Positions 10,425 to 16,257 of a stretch of DNA of 48,262 bases are shown here, one piece after another. The notes beneath the pieces were generated by a model that worked only from the letters and a program-made list of their open reading frames with translations, ran no database searches and was not told where the DNA came from. The DNA is from an uncultured Dehalococcoidales bacterium (lineage in GTDB: Bacteria; Chloroflexota; Dehalococcoidia; GIF9; UBA5629). The DNA lies in NCBI GenBank assembly GCA_964485235.1, contig CAZAIO010000004.1:1-48262 (forward strand). The letters are read 5' to 3'. Positions within the stretch are counted from its first letter, which is position 1; each line of letters opens with the position of its first letter. The position numbers and the translations under genes were made by a program.

Positions 10425-11879
10425 TCAGCCTTTGATGATACCGAGCGGGTAAGTCCTGGCTACTTTCCGTGATATTCCGGCACGGTGTGCTACTTCCACA
10501 ACTTCTTTCACGTCTTTATATGCCTGGGGTGCTTCTTCAGCAAGCGATGCCATATCGGCGGTTTTGACGGTGATCCCCTTTCGTTCCAATTCGCGTGCTA
10601 TATCGTTTCCTCTCATGCTGCGCCTGGCTGCACCGCGACTCTGCAATCTCCCCGCGCCGTGGCAAGTCGAGCCGAAGCTCTCTTCCATAGCCTTTTCAGT
10701 ACCTACCGCTATATAGGAATAGCGTCCCATATCGCCCGGTATGAGCACGGGCTGGCCGATACCTTTGTACCGTTGCGGCAACGCGTCGTGTCCCGGCGGA
10801 AATGCCCTGGTAGCGCCTTTCCGGTGTACGCACAGCGATATCTTTTTCCCGTTCACCATGTGGTCTTCTATTTTGGCTATATTGTGGCTTACGTCGTATA
10901 TCTGATGTATTTCCAGTTCGGTATGGCTTTTTCCGAACGTATTGACCAGTGACTCACGGACCCAGTGGGTGATGCATTGACGGTTGGTCCAGGCGAAATT
11001 TGCTGCGCATGCCATTGCCGCAAGGTAGTCTTTTCCCTCCTGCGATGTGGTAGGAGCACAGGCAAGCTGCCGGTCAGGGAGTTCGATGCCGTATTTTTTC
11101 ACAGCTGCACTCATTGTCCGGAGATAATCGTCGCAGATCTGGTGCCCGAAACCGCGTGAACCGGTGTGGATCAGGATCAGTACCTGGTCCTCCTTTTCGA
11201 TGCCCATTGCAGCGGCTGTCCTGTGGTCGTGGATTTCTTTAACCACCTGTACTTCAAGGAAGTGATTGCCGGAGCCGAGTGTTCCTAGCTGGGGCAGTCC
11301 CCTCTGCCTTGCCCTTGGGCTGACCTTATCGGGATTTGCCCCTTTCATGCAGCCTTTTTCTTCGGTCACGTCAATGTCTTCCGTAATTCCCATTCCCCTG
11401 TTGATCGCCCAGCCGGCGCCTTCGACCATTACTTTTTCCAGCTCTTTTTCGGATATCTTGAACTTGCCTTTCGATCCCAGCCCGGACGGTACATTATTGA
11501 ACAGGTTTTCGATCAGTTTACGCATTTTCGGCAGTACTTCACTGTATGTAAGTCCTGTACGGAGCAACCTTACTCCGCAGTTGATATCATAACCGACACC
11601 GCCCGGTGAGATTACTCCATCGGTCATACGTGTAGCAGCTACGCCGCCGATGGGAAAACCGTATCCCCAGTGGATATCAGGCATGGCAAGAGAGCGGCTT
11701 ACAATGCCGGGCAGGAATGTTACATTAGCAACCTGCTCAATCGACTGGTCGCTCTTTATGGTTTCCATCATTGCCTCATCGGCATATATCAAGCCGGGCA
11801 CTCTCATTCCCTGCCTGTAACTTGTCGGGATCTCCCAGCGATAGTCGTCCAGTTTGTTTAACGGTATATCCTGTGACAT
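10425..11879 (-). CDS. rtcB: RNA 3'-phosphate/5'-OH ligase RtcB
   Basis: DIHWGYGFPIGGVAA, GYDINCGVR, GSGNHFLEVQ, HTGSRGFGHQ and STCHGAGR are RtcB metal- and GMP-site motifs (484 aa). Confidence 0.92.
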   Translation of the reverse strand: MSQDIPLNKLDDYRWEIPTSYRQGMRVPGLIYADEAMMETIKSDQSIEQVANVTFLPGIVSRSLAMPDIHWGYGFPIGGVAATRMTDGVISPGGVGYDINCGVRLLRTGLTYSEVLPKMRKLIENLFNNVPSGLGSKGKFKISEKELEKVMVEGAGWAINRGMGITEDIDVTEEKGCMKGANPDKVSPRARQRGLPQLGTLGSGNHFLEVQVVKEIHDHRTAAAMGIEKEDQVLILIHTGSRGFGHQICDDYLRTMSAAVKKYGIELPDRQLACAPTTSQEGKDYLAAMACAANFAWTNRQCITHWVRESLVNTFGKSHTELEIHQIYDVSHNIAKIEDHMVNGKKISLCVHRKGATRAFPPGHDALPQRYKGIGQPVLIPGDMGRYSYIAVGTEKAMEESFGSTCHGAGRLQSRGAARRSMRGNDIARELERKGITVKTADMASLAEEAPQAYKDVKEVVEVAHRAGISRKVARTYPLGIIKG

Positions 11880-11892
11880 AAAACGGTTCTTT

Positions 11893-12312
11893 CTATATAT
11901 CGAAAATTATCTGTGCGCTGTATGTATTTTGCTCTTTACTGAGCGCGAGCATATGGTAAGTGGCTGCCTTGATCTCTCTTTTTACCCTGTGACGCTGAAA
12001 AGCGATCCTGTCGCCGAAACAGGTGGCATTGATTGTTGCGTCGTGCACATTGTTGACTTCTACCTTTTTAAAGAGGATATGCTCTACATCGAAAATATAG
12101 AGCAGTTCGTTCAGCCATTCGACAAGAAGGTTCTCATCGTCGTCGGAGACGATCACGATATCCCGTTTGATATTGTCGCCGATATCATCGAGGTCGACGA
12201 TAAGGCTTGTCATGCCGGCAGCCGCATTGGCGAAAAGGTGCTCGACATCCGGGCCGTAGGCGACAATGCCGATGTCCGCGGTGTGGTCCAGTACCTCGAA
12301 AGCCTTCTCCAC
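11893..12312 (-). CDS. Archease (RtcB activator)
   Basis: FEVLDHTADIGIVAYG ... LLVEWLNELLY ... IKAATYHMLAL ... IIFDI matches the archease family. The ORF track starts at 12375, but AGGGGG followed 6 nt later by GTG (12312) and an extended -10 at 12340-12348 argue for the shorter roughly 140-aa protein. Confidence 0.8.
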   Translation of the reverse strand: MEKAFEVLDHTADIGIVAYGPDVEHLFANAAAGMTSLIVDLDDIGDNIKRDIVIVSDDDENLLVEWLNELLYIFDVEHILFKKVEVNNVHDATINATCFGDRIAFQRHRVKREIKAATYHMLALSKEQNTYSAQIIFDI

Positions 12313-12339
12313 ACTCAACCCCCTGGTCGAGGATGCCTT

Positions 12340-12348
12340 ATTATACCA
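12340..12348 (-). promoter_or_regulatory. Candidate extended -10 promoter element for archease-rtcB
   Basis: The reverse strand reads TGGTATAAT, about 25 nt upstream of the AGGGGG SD and GTG 12312. Confidence 0.35.
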
Positions 12349-12380
12349 TGCACGTATATACCTGAAAATCATCACGTAGC

Positions 12381-12410
12381 TTGACTATAATTCATAGTGA
12401 ATGCTACTAT
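12381..12410 (+). promoter_or_regulatory. Candidate promoter for tRNA-Lys
   Basis: TTGACT (12381-12386), 18 nt, TACTAT (12405-12410). The tRNA 5' end lies 10 nt downstream. Confidence 0.45.
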
Positions 12411-12420
12411 ACATCCACGC

Positions 12421-12493
12421 GAGCCGCTAGCTCAACTGGCAGAGCAGTTGACTCTTAATCAACCGGTTCAGGGTTCGAGTCCCTGGCGGCTCA
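12421..12493 (+). tRNA. tRNA-Lys (anticodon CUU), no encoded CCA
   Basis: It folds by hand into a cloverleaf. Acceptor stem is GAGCCGC/GCGGCTC, D arm GCTC-AACTGGCA-GAGC, anticodon arm GTTGA-CTCTTAA-TCAAC, variable loop CGGTT, T arm CAGGG-TTCGAGT-CCCTG, discriminator A. Confidence 0.9.
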
Positions 12494-12560
12494 TAAATTC
12501 TATTTTTTCCCATCTAAGCTAACCCCGTTTCTTTGTAAGCCATTATACTTGCCTGTATGC

Positions 12561-12603
12561 GTATAAATACCTGTTTTTTTATAAAATTTTAAGGTATTTA
12601 TAC
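12561..12603. repeat. 11-bp inverted repeat GTATAAATACC / GGTATTTATAC with a 21-nt AT loop
   Basis: Read directly from the sequence. It lies in the 310-bp AT-rich spacer between tRNA-Lys and the GNAT gene. Confidence 0.5.
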
Positions 12604-12804
12604 TTGTAATGACAATTGAAATAGTGTAAAGTATTAATAAGTCCTCTAAAGCTGGTTTGCGATGATTAATTACTAAGCCGGAGGAGGACTATATAAAAAA
12701 AAGGATAGTGTGTATCGGCGGTTATGTTATAAATTGAACGCCGGTAAAGTGGTGGGCCTGTATATAAGGACTTGATAAACGATACGAATTGAAAAGAGAG
12801 GTAA

Positions 12805-13338
12805 ATGATTATGAGTAGCGTAGCCGTATTGTTATCAACAAAACGTTATATTGCAAAAGATGGAAGCGAAGTCCGGGTCAGGCCGATAACTTACGATGAT
12901 AAGGAAGCGGTTCTGGCACTGTTTAACAGGCTAAGCAGGGAGACGAGGTTTCTCCGTTACCATTTCGTGAAAACGAAAATGCCGGATAGCGAGCTCTGTT
13001 GCTACTGTACAGTTGATTATGACGATACATTTGTCCTTGTTGCGGAAAGAAACTGCAACGGAAATCCGGAGATCATCGGGCTTGCGCGCTATGACCGGTT
13101 GCCCAGTCGCACTATGGCTGAAGTTTCTTTCCTTGTTGATGATAAAGAACAGGGAAAAGGGATTTGTACCTTTCTGATCAGGGAACTTGCCGATGCAGCA
13201 AGAGAGAGATATATTACGATATTTGTCGCCGAAATGCTCAATGAAAACTACATTATGTTTGATATTATCCGCAAGTTCAGTCCGAACCTGGTGCAGGTGG
13301 TCGACGGCACCAGCAACTGCACCACGTTCCCGATCTAG
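12805..13338 (+). CDS. GNAT-family N-acetyltransferase (resembles the GNAT module of Pat-type protein acetyltransferases)
   Basis: VRVRPITYDDKEAVLALFNRLSRETRFLRYHF and the acetyl-CoA motif QGKGICTFLIRELADAA are present. ATG 12805 or ATG 12811 could be the start; the latter is 9 nt after AGAGAGG. Confidence 0.7.
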   Translation: MIMSSVAVLLSTKRYIAKDGSEVRVRPITYDDKEAVLALFNRLSRETRFLRYHFVKTKMPDSELCCYCTVDYDDTFVLVAERNCNGNPEIIGLARYDRLPSRTMAEVSFLVDDKEQGKGICTFLIRELADAARERYITIFVAEMLNENYIMFDIIRKFSPNLVQVVDGTSNCTTFPI

Positions 13339-13348
13339 TTATCCTCAA

Positions 13349-13879
13349 TCAGTCAATACGCTGCATTCCTTCTTTCAGATATTTCTTTGCGAGATCGATG
13401 TAGACCTGTTTTCCGGCGTCCCAGAAATCCGTGTCTTTTTGAGAGACCTGTCTGGCTGCTCTGGCGGGATTTCCCACGACAACAGTGTTCTCCGGCACCT
13501 TTTGTCCTGCCTTTACTACACAAGCTTCAGCAACAATTGATCCACTGCCTACTTCAGCTCCTATACTTACGACCGATCCCATTCCGATAACCGCGAGGTC
13601 GCCGATCGATTTCGAATGTATTACAGCACCATGACCAACCGTCACTTTTTTACCAATTGAACAGGTACCGTCGGGCGGCGCATGGACGACGGCGCCCTCT
13701 TCAATAGCGCTGCCATCTCCGATTTCAATTCGACCGTAATCGCCGCGTAAAATAGCCCCATGGCCTATATAGCAGTTATTGCCGATTATTACATCTCCGA
13801 TCACTATAGCGGTTTCGCTTACATATGTGTCGGTACCCGCGACCGGCTCGTGCCCGTTGAATCTGTAACGCATTATCAC
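13349..13879 (-). CDS. Gamma-carbonic-anhydrase-like / left-handed beta-helix (hexapeptide repeat) protein, PaaY/CaiE/YrdA-like
   Basis: Consecutive hexapeptide repeats are visible (IVIGDVIIGNNCYIGHGAILRGD..IEIGDGSAIEEGAVVHA..VTVGHGAVIH). GGGAGTGA SD precedes the ATG. Confidence 0.75.
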   Translation of the reverse strand: MIMRYRFNGHEPVAGTDTYVSETAIVIGDVIIGNNCYIGHGAILRGDYGRIEIGDGSAIEEGAVVHAPPDGTCSIGKKVTVGHGAVIHSKSIGDLAVIGMGSVVSIGAEVGSGSIVAEACVVKAGQKVPENTVVVGNPARAARQVSQKDTDFWDAGKQVYIDLAKKYLKEGMQRID

Positions 13880-13979
13880 TCCCGGAATATATATTTATAT
13901 GGTTGTCGAAGTTCAGTTCATTATACGCAATCTACCGTATGCTGTCGATGTGCTTTTTCGTATAGCGCTGCCTCTATGC

Positions 13980-14007
13980 TTGGTGATTGTACAATGACTG
14001 TGATAAT
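13980..14007 (+). promoter_or_regulatory. Candidate promoter for the REC-KaiC/HK cassette
   Basis: TTGGTG (13980-13985), 16 nt, TGtGATAAT extended -10 (13999-14007). It lies about 40 nt upstream of ATG 14049. Confidence 0.35.
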
Positions 14008-14048
14008 ATGACCTTATCCTTTTTTTACGGTAATCGGAAGATATATTT

Positions 14049-15170
14049 ATGAATCAGATATTGATTGTGGATGATGATCCTGATATCCTGCGCTTGCTGA
14101 AGACCGGTCTGAGCAAGGCCGGATTCGAGGTGACCGAAGCGCAGAATGCAGACATTGCGCTTTCAGAGATCGCTAGAAACAAGCCCGACCTGGTCATTAC
14201 AGATGCGATGATGCCGGAGAAGGACGGATATATGCTGTCGAAGGAATTGCGAAGTATGCCCGAAACGGGGGCGCTTCCGATTATTATGCTCACCGCGTTG
14301 CAGGAGGAACAGGACGCACTTAAAGCTTATAAGGACGGGATCGACGATTTTATAACGAAGCCGTTCAGTATGGCAATATTGCGGGCGCGTGTCAATGCCT
14401 TGCTCAACAGGGCATATTCTTGCGGGCAGATACAGACTGCACCGCCTATACAGGTAGAAGAGGTGAAAAAACCGTTACCCGTACAGAGAATAAGCACGGG
14501 GTATTCGAAGCTGGACAGAGCTCTGGGAAATGGCATACCGGTAGGCAGCAATGCCATCGTGATAGGCCCGACCGGAGCGGGCAAGAGCACTATTGCACGA
14601 CAGTTCATTGCAGAGGGAATTACAAATAATGAAAGATGTATGGTAATTACCGTCGATGACGATCCGGCAATGATACGGAGCAGTCTGGATGAGATTATTC
14701 CCGGAACGCTTGAGAGTTATGAGAATAAAGACTATTTCCGGCTGGTGGACTGTTATAGTTGGAGCCGCGGCCTTGTCGGAGGAAAAGAGAGATTCGCCGT
14801 TACCGGCGCTATGGAGTTGAACCAGCTTGCAGGGCTGATATCCGACGCTGGTGTGGAACTGGGACAGACAGTACAGGAAAAATTCGGCGGCAGGAGGATC
14901 GTTGATTCTGTCAGCAGCCTGTTTATCGATTTTGAGCTTGCTTCCGTACAACGTTTTCTGGTGCAACTTGCGCGCACAGCATCCAACTACGGAGGTGTTT
15001 CTACCCTGTTTATACTTGAAGAGGGCTCTGTGAGCGAGCAGGTGCTCAATAATATAAAATACCTTATGGATATAGTGCTTGAGGTAAAATTCGATGGGGC
15101 GCATATGGTGAGAGTGGCGAACATGAAGTGGTCCAGGTTCTCCAGAGATTGGATATCCCTCGAAGACTAG
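14049..15170 (+). CDS. Response-regulator receiver domain fused to a KaiC-like (RecA-superfamily) ATPase domain
   Basis: The N-terminal receiver has ILIVDDDPD, the acceptor DLVITDAMMP, MLTAL and ITKPF. The C-terminal part has RISTGYSKLDRALGNGIPVGSNAIVIGPTGAGKST (Walker A) and RRIVDSVSSL (Walker B), which is the KaiC/RadA-like fold. Confidence 0.75.
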   Translation: MNQILIVDDDPDILRLLKTGLSKAGFEVTEAQNADIALSEIARNKPDLVITDAMMPEKDGYMLSKELRSMPETGALPIIMLTALQEEQDALKAYKDGIDDFITKPFSMAILRARVNALLNRAYSCGQIQTAPPIQVEEVKKPLPVQRISTGYSKLDRALGNGIPVGSNAIVIGPTGAGKSTIARQFIAEGITNNERCMVITVDDDPAMIRSSLDEIIPGTLESYENKDYFRLVDCYSWSRGLVGGKERFAVTGAMELNQLAGLISDAGVELGQTVQEKFGGRRIVDSVSSLFIDFELASVQRFLVQLARTASNYGGVSTLFILEEGSVSEQVLNNIKYLMDIVLEVKFDGAHMVRVANMKWSRFSRDWISLED

Positions 15171-15223
15171 CGCCTGTCGTCTGAACGTTTTTGAAATGAA
15201 AGGTTTGGGAGGAGGTAAAGGCA

Positions 15224-15526
15224 ATGAGTACATTTCTTGAAAAATATCCTGAACTGCTTGATCTGGGGGAGGATGAAGCTAAGGTCTACGGTTTTCTCAA
15301 TGTGGAAGGAGAATCGTCGGCTAAAGTAATCAGCAGCGGTTGTGATATTCCTTATTCCAAAATTCACAGGGTGCTGTACCGGCTGCAACAGCAGGACCTT
15401 TTGGTAAGCAGAGGAGAAGCACCTAAACTTTTCGCAGTACGTTTTAAAGACCCGGATTTGAACAAACGGTATATGCAGGAGCAGCAAAGCAAAGGTAAAA
15501 GTAATGATAAAGGACGGGTGCCGTAA
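15224..15526 (+). CDS. Small winged-helix DNA-binding protein, TrmB-family-like HTH only
   Basis: The 100-aa protein contains LGEDEAKVYGFLNVEGESSAKVISSGCDIPYSKIHRVLYRLQQQDLLVS, which resembles the N-terminal wHTH of TrmB-type regulators. GGAGGAGG SD is present. Its stop overlaps the next start (TAATG). Confidence 0.5.
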   Translation: MSTFLEKYPELLDLGEDEAKVYGFLNVEGESSAKVISSGCDIPYSKIHRVLYRLQQQDLLVSRGEAPKLFAVRFKDPDLNKRYMQEQQSKGKSNDKGRVP

Positions 15527-16230
15527 TGAAACAGATAACGAGAATATCGACCGGTATTCCCGGTCTTGACGAGATCATAGAAGGCGGATTTCCGAGAGGC
15601 AGAACGATACTGGTTACCGGCACTGCCGGTTCGGGGAAAACAACTTTCGGTATGCAATTTCTTTATGAAGGGGCTGTGAAATACAATGAAGCCGGTCTCT
15701 TTGTTACGCTCCAGGAGGAATTGGATGATGTCATTCAGGATATGGACAGATATGGATGGGACCTCGAAAAGCTGGTCGGTGAAAATAAAATCGGGCTTGT
15801 TCAACCTCCAACACCGTTCGAGATAAGTAACGAAGTTATTGATATCGATACAATGCTGGACCTTATTCATAAAAAAGCAATGGCTATCGATGCGAAACGT
15901 ATTGTATTCGACTCATTGGCCCAATTGGGACTTCCATATTCCGATATAGTAGCATTGAGACGCGACATAATGAGACTTGGTGCAATGTTACGTGAGCTCG
16001 GTTGTACTACATTGCTGCTTACGGAAATGCTGGAAAGCGGCGGAAGCATCAGCAGGTATGGCGTCGAGGAATTCGTTACTCAGGGCGTTATTGTGATGCA
16101 TCTTGCTCCTACTTACAGGGCGGTACAGGTTTCAAAATTACGCGGGACCAATCATGATACCGGCCTTCACCGTATGCGTATCACCGGAAAAGGTATCGTC
16201 GTTGTGCCCGGTGAGACGCCGTTCTCATAA
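15526..16230 (+). CDS. Stand-alone single-domain KaiC-like ATPase
   Basis: ISTGIPGLDEIIEGGFPRGRTILVTGTAGSGKTTFGMQFLYEGA (Walker A), LFVTLQEE (catalytic Glu pair position) and KRIVFDSLAQL (Walker B) are present. The protein is 234 aa. Confidence 0.75.
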   Translation: MKQITRISTGIPGLDEIIEGGFPRGRTILVTGTAGSGKTTFGMQFLYEGAVKYNEAGLFVTLQEELDDVIQDMDRYGWDLEKLVGENKIGLVQPPTPFEISNEVIDIDTMLDLIHKKAMAIDAKRIVFDSLAQLGLPYSDIVALRRDIMRLGAMLRELGCTTLLLTEMLESGGSISRYGVEEFVTQGVIVMHLAPTYRAVQVSKLRGTNHDTGLHRMRITGKGIVVVPGETPFS

Positions 16231-16257
16231 TAACTGTCTGAAAGTGGCGAGCGGATT

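Noticed and set aside
11854-12384. A 176-aa plus-strand ORF overlapping archease
   Set aside because: The minus-strand frame gives the archease signature (DHTADIG...ATYH...DI). The plus frame has no motif and would overlap the rtcB start.
14475-15233. A 252-aa minus-strand ORF inside the REC-KaiC-like gene
   Set aside because: It is an antisense shadow of a gene with clear Walker A/B and receiver motifs. It has no recognisable domain and an odd composition.
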